A DNA stretch of 32,000 nt from Deinococcus radiodurans R1 = ATCC 13939 = DSM 20539 (GTDB lineage: Bacteria > Deinococcota > Deinococci > Deinococcales > Deinococcaceae): assembly GCF_000008565.1 (NCBI RefSeq), contig NC_001263.1:1790603-1822602 (forward strand), in the 5' to 3' direction. The notes below the pieces were generated by a model. It did no database searches and had not been told where the DNA came from. It saw nothing but the letters and a program-made list of their open reading frames with translations. Of the stretch, positions 11,591-24,031 are shown piece by piece; position 1 is the first letter of the stretch, and the number at the start of each line of letters is the position of its first letter. Made by a program: the position numbers and the translations under genes.

Positions 11591-11842
11591 TCAGGCAGCT
11601 GCACGCCCCAGCACCGCCTGCACGCCGCGCCGAGTGGCGACATACTCGAGGCCCTGTGCACCCCGGCACGGCTCGATAAGCTGCCGGTCTTCGAGCCAGT
11701 GCAGCGCCGCGCGGGGGTAGTCGCGCCAGTCGGGGCGCTGCTGGCGGGCGAGGGCCAGCAGGTAGCGGTGGGCCTGGCGCACGGTCATGCCCGGTGCAGG
11801 CTCGCTGGGCCTCAGAGGAGCAGAAGGGGCGACGAAGGTCAT
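11591..11842 (-). CDS. Small hypothetical protein (83 aa; possibly 65 aa from the second Met)
   Basis: High GC3 in this frame. I started it at an internal ATG (11842) because the longer tracked ORF would overlap the divergent gene start. I recognised no domain. Confidence 0.45.
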   Translation of the reverse strand: MTFVAPSAPLRPSEPAPGMTVRQAHRYLLALARQQRPDWRDYPRAALHWLEDRQLIEPCRGAQGLEYVATRRGVQAVLGRAAA

Positions 11843-11899
11843 GCCATCAGCTTGCGCGGCGGCGACGAGCGCCGGGTGACAGCGCCGGCCCTTTTCCTT

Positions 11900-11933
11900 A
11901 ACTGTAGCTTTCCCTGAACTGTGGCTTTCCCTG
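11900..11933 (+). repeat. Tandem 17-bp direct repeat (AACTGTAGCTTTCCCTG / AACTGTGGCTTTCCCTG)
   Basis: Two adjacent 17-mers differ at one position. They lie in the divergent intergenic region, 31 nt upstream of the repeat-protein ATG. Confidence 0.85.
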
Positions 11934-11963
11934 GCCGGGGCACTGGCCTTTATCCTCCTCCCC

Positions 11964-13358
11964 ATGACCTTTTCCGAACTCGACCCCCGCACGCTCACGG
12001 CGCTCGGCACCGCCGGGGCGCTGGAGGCGGCGACCTCGCCCCGCGCCCCGGCGGACGTGCTCAGCGGCCTCTCGGCGCATCCCGACGCCCGCGTCCGGGC
12101 TCAGGTGGCGCTCAACCCCAACACCCCCGCCGAGGTGCTGGGCCTGCTCGCCGCTCAGTTTCCGCGTGAGGTGCTGAGCAATCCGGGATTGCCGCTGCTG
12201 AGGCTCGCGCGCCCCGGCCTGCTGGGGTCGTTTCCTGCCGAGGGGGTCACGGCGCTGCTCGCGCTGCCCGACGCGCCCGGCTGGGTGGTGGATTCGGCGC
12301 TGCGGCACGAGGACTACGGGGTCCGCACGGCGCTCGCGGCCCGGCCGGGGCTCTCCCCCGAGCGGGTCACGGCGCTGGCGGGGGACGCCGGGTGGCAGGT
12401 GCGCGAGGCGGTGGCGCAGCGCCCGGACCTGCCCGAGCCCCTGCTGCGCCAGCTCGCGGAGGATGAGGACTACGACGTGCGCAAGGCCACCGCGCTGCGC
12501 CCCGACCTGCCCGGCGACCTGCTGCGGACGCTGGTGACCGACCCGCACACCCTGGTGCGGGCGAACGTGGCGCGGCGGCTGGATTTGCCGCTCGACTGCC
12601 TGCTCTCGCTGGCGACAGGCGGCGACCCCGACGTGCTGGCGACCCTGGCCCGCCGCACCGACCTGCCCGCCAGTGTGCGCGAGTGGCTCGCGGCCAGTGC
12701 GGAGCCGCTGGTGCGCTCGGCGGCGCTGCAAGCCTGGACGGTGCCCGAGTCGTGGCTCGCCCGCGCCGAAACCGACGCCGACCCCGACGTTCGCTCGGCC
12801 CTAGCCCGCCGTCCTGATCTGTCGCCAGAAGTGCTGGAACGCCTCGCTCATGACGAATCGGGGACCGTGCGCCGGACACTGCTCGAACGCAACGACCTGC
12901 CCGACGGCGCAATTCTTGCCCTCGCACAGGCCCCCGAGCCCGACCTCCGCTTGCAGGTGGCGAGTGCCGAGGAACTGCCCGCCGCCGCCCTCGAAGCCCT
13001 GCTGACCGACGAGAGCACCGACGTGCGGACCATCCTCGCCGTGCGGCCCGACCTCGGCCCCGAACGGCTCGCCCGCCTCGCCGCCGACGAGAGCGCCGAG
13101 GTGCGCCGGGGGGCGGCCCTGGCGCCGACGCTGCCGCCCGAGTTGCTGCGTCAGCTTTCCGCCGACCCGAACGCGGGGGTGCGCCGAACCCTTCTGACCC
13201 GCCGCGAGCTGCCCGCCGAAGTGATTCGCGAGCTCGCCGCCGACCCCGACGAGGGCGTGCGCCTGCTGGTGGCCGGGCGCGCTGGTCTGCCCGCCGACTT
13301 GCGCGAGCAACTGGCGGCGGACCCCGATGAAAATGTGCGGCGGGAGGTTGCAGGGTGA
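11964..13358 (+). CDS. Leucine-rich-variant (LRV)/HEAT-like tandem repeat protein
   Basis: 464 aa made almost entirely of ~23-24-aa units of the form D.D..VR..LA.RPDLP.E.L..LA. About 15 or more copies by eye. TATCCT lies 7 nt upstream of the ATG and there is no SD, which suggests a leaderless mRNA. Confidence 0.75.
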   Translation: MTFSELDPRTLTALGTAGALEAATSPRAPADVLSGLSAHPDARVRAQVALNPNTPAEVLGLLAAQFPREVLSNPGLPLLRLARPGLLGSFPAEGVTALLALPDAPGWVVDSALRHEDYGVRTALAARPGLSPERVTALAGDAGWQVREAVAQRPDLPEPLLRQLAEDEDYDVRKATALRPDLPGDLLRTLVTDPHTLVRANVARRLDLPLDCLLSLATGGDPDVLATLARRTDLPASVREWLAASAEPLVRSAALQAWTVPESWLARAETDADPDVRSALARRPDLSPEVLERLAHDESGTVRRTLLERNDLPDGAILALAQAPEPDLRLQVASAEELPAAALEALLTDESTDVRTILAVRPDLGPERLARLAADESAEVRRGAALAPTLPPELLRQLSADPNAGVRRTLLTRRELPAEVIRELAADPDEGVRLLVAGRAGLPADLREQLAADPDENVRREVAG

Positions 13359-13407
13359 TGATGAGGGGTTGATGGTTTCACTGCGTTGATGGGTGATGGG
13401 GATGGCG

Positions 13408-13848
13408 TTAGGCAGGCAGGAGAAATTCCTCCCACTTGCCGACCAATCCACCGTTCTGAACGTCCAAGAAGATTTTGGCCGAGGCGTCAGCAGTAGGGAA
13501 GGTATACGCCGCTTTGAGGACTTCGCCCGTTTTGGTGCAAGTAAAGGCGGAGTCGAGCGGAGCCGCCTGGACCATTGTGCTGACCAATCGGTATCCGCTG
13601 CCGTCCAGCACAATGTTTTGATTGGCGGCGCTGACGGCTTCCAGTGTGCCCGCCTTCCAATGCCTATGGCTGGTCAGTTGAGTCCCCGACCACACGAAAG
13701 AAGCGTCCGACCAAGTGACTGTTCCACACCGCGCTACCACCGCTGGGATCAGCGACACCGAGCGGGCGGAAGCGACGAAGCTGGGCGGATTCACCGAAGT
13801 GCAGGCAGTCAGACCGAGCAGGGCCGAAGTTATCCAACAAAAAGTCAC
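13408..13848 (-). CDS. Small lipoprotein, hypothetical
   Basis: N-terminus MTFCWITSALLGLTAC has a lipobox-like L-T-A-C. 146 aa. It lies in a locally lower-GC segment. Confidence 0.55.
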   Translation of the reverse strand: MTFCWITSALLGLTACTSVNPPSFVASARSVSLIPAVVARCGTVTWSDASFVWSGTQLTSHRHWKAGTLEAVSAANQNIVLDGSGYRLVSTMVQAAPLDSAFTCTKTGEVLKAAYTFPTADASAKIFLDVQNGGLVGKWEEFLLPA

Positions 13849-13887
13849 GCCTAGCCCAACTTCCTCTCCCTTGAATTTTGCAACCTT

Positions 13888-13904
13888 TTACGCTCCTGGC
13901 AGAA
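13888..13904 (+). promoter_or_regulatory. RDRM-like 17-bp site (putative DdrO operator) at the uvrD promoter
   Basis: TTACGCTCCTGGCAGAA (complement TTCTGCCAGGAGCGTAA) fits TTMYG-N7-CRKAA. It ends 10 nt upstream of a -10-like TAAACT (13915-13920). That box is 6 nt upstream of the GTG start. Confidence 0.6.
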
Positions 13905-13926
13905 CTGCCCCTGCTAAACTCTTTCG

Positions 13927-16164
<2,238 letters not shown>

Positions 16165-16183
16165 CCCGACGCTGTGGCCCGAC

Positions 16184-16657
16184 TCAGCTCCGGATGACGA
16201 GGTGCCGCACCTCCCCTACCGGCACACTCAGCAGGTCACGGACGAGCAGCGGATACACCGGGCGGGCACCCAGTTCGTCCAGCCGTACCCACTCGAAGCC
16301 GGTATCCGTGTTGTCGAGGACGCTGAAGGCGCCGTGTGGCAGCTCGGCGGGCACCTCCTCCAGGCGGAAATAAAAGCCGATTTCGTGCTGGCGCTTCTCG
16401 GGCGGGCCGAAGAAGTTTTCCACCACCGCCACCAGCCGCAGCGGGCCACAAAGTAGGCCCGTTTCCTCCTCCCACTCGCGCCGGGCGCAGGTGGCGGCAT
16501 CCTCGTCGGTGCTCAGGGCGCCGCCGGGCAGGAAGAAAAACGGCTCGGGGGCATTGGCTTCGCTCGTCTGCACGAGCAGTTCGCCGTTACGGACACACAG
16601 CAGGGCGACCCGGACACTGAATTTCAGGCCCCCGAGCGGCAGGCGGATATCGGTCAT
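16184..16657 (-). CDS. Nudix hydrolase
   Basis: Nudix box GGALSTDEDAATCARREWEEETGL (G-x5-E-x7-REUxEExGU). I chose the start at the ATG at 16657 (MTDIRLPLGG). Confidence 0.8.
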   Translation of the reverse strand: MTDIRLPLGGLKFSVRVALLCVRNGELLVQTSEANAPEPFFFLPGGALSTDEDAATCARREWEEETGLLCGPLRLVAVVENFFGPPEKRQHEIGFYFRLEEVPAELPHGAFSVLDNTDTGFEWVRLDELGARPVYPLLVRDLLSVPVGEVRHLVIRS

Positions 16658-16766
16658 GCCCGGCAGTCTGACACCCCATTCCCCCCACACGTCCACCCCA
16701 AGAGGGGGCAAAAGTTAAGGCGCGGCTGTCAGAACCCAGTGAAGGACGGACCGGCACAATAGTGAC

Positions 16767-17066
16767 ATGGTACCCGTTGAGAGACAGCTAGTCATTACGG
16801 CTTTGGGCCTGCCGCAGCGCACTCTCAACGGCAACGACTACCTCATCTGTCAGACGACCGAGGGCGAGGTCGTGCTGTGGCTGGCTCCCGACCCGGCGCC
16901 ACAGCTGCGGGTGCTCCGCGCGTTGACTTTGCCCCGCCGGGTGCGGCTGCCGTGCCTGCCGGACCGCGAGAACGCCGGGCGCTTCTGGGTGCCCGAGTCG
17001 GCCCGGGTGGTGGTCGTGGACAGCGCCGAGTGCGCGGCCCCGGCCCACCACTGCCAGCCTGCCTAA
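16767..17066 (+). CDS. Small hypothetical protein (99 aa)
   Basis: High GC3 in frame. No family recognised. Confidence 0.45.
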   Translation: MVPVERQLVITALGLPQRTLNGNDYLICQTTEGEVVLWLAPDPAPQLRVLRALTLPRRVRLPCLPDRENAGRFWVPESARVVVVDSAECAAPAHHCQPA

Positions 17067-17110
17067 CCTGCCCCCCAGCCCCGGCCCCGGCCCGGCGCTA
17101 CAGTCCAGGC

Positions 17111-17173
17111 ATGTTCAGCGTGACCCGTGAGAAACCGGCCCCGGCGGGCCTTCTTCTTCGTCTGGGGCGTTGA
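17111..17173 (+). promoter_or_regulatory. Candidate leu leader peptide ORF ([20 protein letters not shown])
   Basis: 20-codon ORF with CTT-CTT-CTT-CGT-CTG (17150-17164). CTT is an atypical Leu codon in this GC3-rich genome. TACAGT (17099-17104) lies 6 nt upstream of the ATG and there is no SD. A terminator hairpin follows before leuC. Confidence 0.6.
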
Positions 17174-17201
17174 GCGCGAGTTTCCCAGCCGTTCTTCACG
17201 T

Positions 17202-17236
17202 GCCCCCCGCAGCCGAGTAGCTGAGGGGGCGTTTTT
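17202..17236 (+). terminator. Attenuator-type intrinsic terminator in the leuC 5' leader
   Basis: GCCCCC(17202-17207)-cg-CAGC ... GCTG-a-GGGGGC(17225-17230), followed by GTTTTTCG. It lies 32 nt upstream of the leuC ATG and its GGGGGAGG SD. Confidence 0.65.
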
Positions 17237-17267
17237 CGTCCGAAGGATTGATCTGGGGGAGGTCCAT

Positions 17268-18563
17268 ATGGGAATGACGATTGCCGAGAAGATGCTGGCC
17301 GCCCACAGCGGGCACGACACCGTGGTGCCGGGCCAACTCATCGAGTGCGCCACCGACTGGGTGCTGTGCCACGAAATCACCACGCCCGCCGCGCTGAGGA
17401 TGCTCGAGGAGCGCGGCATGGACCGGGTGTTCGACCCGCAGAAGATCGTGGCGGTGCCCGACCACTCGGTGCCTGCCATGAACATCAAGGCCGCCAAGAT
17501 GTACCAAAAGCTCAAGAGCTGGGTGCAGGAAAAAGGCATCGAGCACTTCTACGACGTGGGGCGCGGCGGCATCGCTCACGTGGTGCTGGAAAACACCGGC
17601 CTGATGAAGCCGGGGCAGACGCTGGTTTCCGGCGACTCGCACACCTGCAATGCGGGCGCACTGGGCGCCTTCGCGACCGGCGTGGGCTCGACCGACCTCG
17701 CGGGCGCCATCTACGCGGGCAAGGTGTGGTTCAAGGTGCCCGAGACGATGCTCATCCGGGTGACGGGAAAAACCAACCCCGGCGTGACCCCCAAGGACAT
17801 CGTGCTGGAGGTCATCAAGCAGATCGGGGCCGACGGCGCCAACTACATGGTGATGGAATGGGTGGGCGACTACATCGACCAGCTCGACATGGAAGGCCGC
17901 TTCACCCTGACCAACATGGCGATTGAGGCGGGCGGCAAGACCGGCATCGTGGCGGTGGACGACACCACCCGCGCCTACATGCAGCAGCGCGGCGTGTCGC
18001 CCGAGCAGTACACCGAGTACCAGTCCGACCCCGACGCCAAGTACAAGGTCGTGGTCGAGATTGACGCCGCGCAGGTCGAACCCACCGTCGCCTACCCCCA
18101 CATTCCCAGCAACGGCCGGGTGGCGGGCAGCGACCGCATCCGGGTGACGCACGCCTACGTGGGCAGCTGCACGAACGGGCGCATCACGGACCTGCGCGAC
18201 GTGGCCCGGATTCTGAAGGGCCGCAAGGTGGCGCAGGACGTGCAGATGATTGTCGTGCCGGCGACGCAGGCCATCTGGAAGCAGGCGGCGCAGGAAGGGC
18301 TGCTCGAAATCTTCGTGGACGCGGGCGCGAGCGTCAGCTACCCCTCGTGCGGCGCCTGTCTGGGGATGCACTCGGGCGTACTCGGGCCAGACGACATCTG
18401 CATTTCGAGTTCCAACCGCAACTTCGTGGGCCGTATGGGCGACCCCTCGGCGCAGATTTACCTCGCCAGCCCCGCCACGGTGGCCGCGAGCGCAGTGGAG
18501 GGCTTCATCGCCGACCCGCGCCGCTATGACGCCGAGGGCAACGACCTGAACGCGGCGGACTGA
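17268..18563 (+). CDS. leuC: 3-isopropylmalate dehydratase large subunit (short LeuC/HacA type)
   Basis: 431 aa from [15 protein letters not shown]. Aconitase-family motifs [30 protein letters not shown] and SCGACLG. Strong SD GGGGGAGG. Confidence 0.92.
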
Positions 18564-18569
18564 GCGGAC

Positions 18570-18911
18570 ATGAACCCCGCAGACTTTCCGCCCAGTTGGC
18601 TGCTGACCTATTTCGTCATCGGCTGGGGGCTGGGTCTGCTGGCGGTGCGCGACTGGAAATGGGCGGCGCTGTGCGGCCTGACCACCACGCTGGCTGTGGT
18701 CTTTGTCTTGCACGGGCAAACACCACCTGTATTCCGTCTCGGGCCGCTGTGGGGGCTGTCGGCGCTGGGGCTGCTGGCGCTGTGGGGCGTTTCGCGCCTG
18801 CCAGTCCTTGCTGCCCGGGTGGGCCTCGCGGCGGTTCTGACGCCACTGGTGACATGGGTGGTGCTCAACGCTGGCTTTCTGCTCTTTATGAACGTCGCCC
18901 AAATCTCCTGA
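18570..18911 (+). CDS. Small multi-TM membrane protein, hypothetical
   Basis: 113 aa with about 4 hydrophobic helices. It starts 6 nt after the leuC stop on the same strand. Confidence 0.55.
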   Translation: MNPADFPPSWLLTYFVIGWGLGLLAVRDWKWAALCGLTTTLAVVFVLHGQTPPVFRLGPLWGLSALGLLALWGVSRLPVLAARVGLAAVLTPLVTWVVLNAGFLLFMNVAQIS

Positions 18912-18942
18912 AGGCCGCTCTTCTCCGGGAGACGCGGGCACA

Positions 18943-20007
18943 ATGAAAGGTGACATGACACTAGACCCCATGAAGTTGCTTCCTCCCGGCGTGCGACCTT
19001 TCGAGGTCACCCTGCACCCCGGCGGACAGCTGGACATTCGCGGCCTGGACGAGGAAGCGCAGGCCATGCAGGTGGCCGAGGCCCTGAAACAGACGCCGCT
19101 GGCGGGCGTGCGTGAGGACACGGCGCTCTGGCGGGTGCGCGGGCTGCTCATTCGCGGTCAGGCGCAGTTGTACGAATACGCGGTATCTGAAACGGGCGAC
19201 GCGGAGGAGGCGAGCTGGGAAACGCGCCCCTTTCCCGACATGCCCGGCGTGCCGGTGCAAGGGGACGGGGCGGCGCCGAGCACCTTCGACGCGCTGCACT
19301 ACCGTGAGGGCCGCATCGACCTCGAACCCGACGCGCCCGACGACCTGCTCGACGCGGTGGAAGACGCCGTGCGCGAGTACCACGGCACCGAGCAAAACTG
19401 GGCCGAGCGCCACGCGGCGGCGGGCGGCCCGGCAAACGAACTGCCCGAAGCGCGGCGGGTGCGGCTGCGGCTGGAGGAGACGGGGCTGGATGGCGCGGCG
19501 GGACTGCGGTTCGTTGCCCTGCCCGAGACGGCGGAGTATCTGCACGGCGGCGAGTGGCACCCTTACGCGCCCGCCCCGCAGAACCTCGCCCTCGACGCAC
19601 CCGAGCAGTCAAACGAGGAAGATGACAGCCCCTTCGACCTCTTTTCCTCGCTGTTCGACCTGCACAGCGTGACCGCCGAGCTGCACGCCGACGGGCGGGT
19701 GGAGGTGCAGGGCGAGGATCTCGCGCCGGAGCTGCGCGCGGCGTTGCAGTCTCACCTGGGGGCCGACCTCGGCGCGGGCGACCCGGCGAAGTGGGAGGTG
19801 GCCCTGCGCGGGCTGTTCGGCCTGGAAGAAGGCGACGAGGTGCCGAGCGGCCTGCGCGTGGGCCTGCTGCGTCAGATGGTGGAGGCCGACCCCGCACTGG
19901 CGGCGCAGGCCATCACCCCGAGCGCCGTGACCTTCGACGGGCAGACCTGGACCGAGCTGGATGATGGGGACGATGGGGACGAGCCCGATGAGGGGGACGA
20001 CGAATGA
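18943..20007 (+). CDS. Hyper-acidic hypothetical protein A (three-module repeat architecture)
   Basis: 354 aa with high GC3. The tail is ELDDGDDGDEPDEGDDE. It is a clear paralog of the next gene, for example HYREGRIDLEPDAPDD vs HWLEGRIDVTPDVGELDE, and VTFDGQTWTEL vs VTFDGETWRDL. An alternative start is the ATG at 18955. Confidence 0.7.
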   Translation: MKGDMTLDPMKLLPPGVRPFEVTLHPGGQLDIRGLDEEAQAMQVAEALKQTPLAGVREDTALWRVRGLLIRGQAQLYEYAVSETGDAEEASWETRPFPDMPGVPVQGDGAAPSTFDALHYREGRIDLEPDAPDDLLDAVEDAVREYHGTEQNWAERHAAAGGPANELPEARRVRLRLEETGLDGAAGLRFVALPETAEYLHGGEWHPYAPAPQNLALDAPEQSNEEDDSPFDLFSSLFDLHSVTAELHADGRVEVQGEDLAPELRAALQSHLGADLGAGDPAKWEVALRGLFGLEEGDEVPSGLRVGLLRQMVEADPALAAQAITPSAVTFDGQTWTELDDGDDGDEPDEGDDE

Positions 20008-20036
20008 CGCGCCGCTCTCTGCCACACTGGGGCCAT

Positions 20037-21351
<1,315 letters not shown>

Positions 21352-21352
21352 C

Positions 21353-21703
21353 ATGACGCTGCCCGGCCTGTTCCTGTGCGCGGCGCTGCTGTACGCGGCG
21401 TGGCTCAGGCTGGGCTGGCACCACACGGCGCCCGCTGAGGTTCCGGCGCTGTGGCGCAATGCGGTGTTGATACTGGCCGTATGTTTCTTGCCCGCCACCT
21501 ACACCTTGCAGGAATACAGGTCGTGGGCCCATCTGACCTTTCCCTTTTCCCTGCTCGTCTGGGCAGCCTTGCTGCTGATATCCCTGACCGCCGGACTCAT
21601 TCAACTGGCCCGGGGGCGTTTCGGGAGCGGCTGGCCGTTGCTGGGGCTGCCCGCCGGGGCGCTGGGCATGAGCCTGCTGAACGCGCTGCTGGGAGGGCGA
21701 TGA
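21353..21703 (+). CDS. Small multi-TM membrane protein, hypothetical
   Basis: 116 aa with about 4 helices. The ATG lies 1 nt after the previous stop. Its stop overlaps the next ATG (ATGA at 21700-21703). Confidence 0.55.
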   Translation: MTLPGLFLCAALLYAAWLRLGWHHTAPAEVPALWRNAVLILAVCFLPATYTLQEYRSWAHLTFPFSLLVWAALLLISLTAGLIQLARGRFGSGWPLLGLPAGALGMSLLNALLGGR

Positions 21704-22034
21704 CCCTGTGGTGGCCTCCTTTGCTCTTCGCCGGCACTTACCTGCTCTGGCTGCTGTGGGGTCAGCTCAGGGTGCCCGGCGTGCTGAGCCAAACGCTCTG
21801 GACGGCGGGGCCACTTGGCTGCTGGCCGTTACTGCCGCCTATCTCTGGGTCACGGCTTCGCCCGCACCCGACACGAGCTTGGCCGCTCTGTTGCCTCTCT
21901 TCCCCTTTCTCTTTCTCGCCACGTTGTCACTCGCGCTGGGCCGCTCGCGCAACCGTGCTCTGGCCTGGGCGTGCTGGGGCGTGACGCCCTGTCTGCCGCT
22001 GACCGCCCTTCTTCTCTTTGGCCTTTTTCACTGA
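21700..22034 (+). CDS. Small multi-TM membrane protein, apparently frameshifted (or misassembled) near 21795-21815
   Basis: From ATG 21700 the reading is MTLWWPPLLFAGTYLLWLLWGQL..., TM-like with high GC3. After about 21805 the high-GC3, TM-like reading switches to the frame of the tracked ORF 21708..22034 (..ATWLLAVTAAYLWV...LLLFGLFH*). That ORF's own N-terminal ~33 codons have poor GC3. Confidence 0.45.
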
Positions 22035-22055
22035 CCCGCACCCGGAGGTACCCCC

Positions 22056-22674
22056 ATGCCCACTGTTCACGTCTTTGCCCGTGACCACATCAACACCGAC
22101 GAAATCATTCCCGCCCGCCACCTGACCACCGACGTGGAATCGGAGCTGGCGAAGTACGCGATGGAGGACTACGACAAGGACTTCGTGCGGCGCGTGCAGC
22201 CCGGCGACATCATCGTGGCCGGGGCCGACTTCGGCTGCGGGTCGAGCCGTGAGCACGCCGTCTGGGCGCTGCGTGGCGCGGGCGTTTCGGCGGTCATCGC
22301 GCCCAACTTTGCCCGCATCTACTACCGCAACTCCATCAACAACGGCTTTCTGGCGCTGGAATGCGAGGGCATCACGGAGCTGTTTCAGGACGGCGAAGAA
22401 GCCGAACTCGACCTGAAGGGCGGCACCATTCGCAACCCGCGCACCGGGAAGGAACTGAGCTTCGTGCCGGTGCCGCAATTCGCGCTCGACGTGCAGAAGG
22501 CGGGCGGCTGGCTGGAATACATGAAGGCGGGCGAGGACGTGGAAGGCGAGCGGCTCGACAACGCGAGCACCTCGGCGGGTCACGGTCACGCGGGCACGCC
22601 GCTCGGCGACGACCCGGCCAAGGAAGACGGCCCCCGCCCCGAACAGGCCAGCGGCCACCAAAAGGAGGAGCACC

Positions 22675-22682
<8 letters not shown>
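22056..22682 (+). CDS. leuD: 3-isopropylmalate dehydratase small subunit with ~50-aa His/acidic C-terminal extension
   Basis: Motifs [24 protein letters not shown] and YRNSINNG. The core ends near residue 158. A low-complexity tail follows. Confidence 0.9.
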
Positions 22683-23733
<1,051 letters not shown>

Positions 23734-23751
23734 GGCCCTTTAAGACGGACT

Positions 23752-23790
23752 GGGAGACGTGGGGCGCTGGCCCACCGTCTCCCTTTTTTA
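23752..23790 (+). terminator. Intrinsic terminator after leuB
   Basis: GGGAGACG (23752-23759) pairs with CGTCTCCC (23776-23783), followed by TTTTTT. Confidence 0.8.
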
Positions 23791-23799
23791 GTCCGGCCT

Positions 23800-23981
23800 T
23801 CAGCGCCGCCCGTTCGCCTGCCGTTCGCTCTCCAGCTCAGCGACCCGCGCCTCCAGCTCGTGCAGGCGCGGGTCTGGCGTTCGGGGACGCCGCAGCCAGC
23901 GCACGAGCAAGGCCAGCGCGACCAGGGGCACGGCTATCAGGACCAGAATAAGCAGCAGTTCAGGTAAGCCGAGGGGGGCAT
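23800..23981 (-). pseudogene. Small TM + coiled-coil ORF disrupted at (or mis-sequenced in) a C6/G6 homopolymer
   Basis: A high-GC3 frame encodes ..[52 protein letters not shown] but has no in-frame start. The ATG at 23981-23979 comes into frame if the following C6 run (plus-strand G6, 23973-23978) had 7 residues. Confidence 0.3.
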
Positions 23982-24031
23982 AAAAGCTATACGCCGCCCT
24001 GAAGCCGAACGTTCCGCCCTACACTGACAGT

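Noticed and set aside
13353-13400. Possible G-quadruplex from four G3-4 tracts
   Set aside because: The middle loop is about 22 nt, which is too long for a stable canonical G4. I kept it only as a note within the islet finding.
17196-19151. 651-aa minus-strand ORF antisense to leuC and downstream genes
   Set aside because: It is antisense to an unambiguous aconitase-family gene and its composition is a GC artefact (R/G/A/H-rich).
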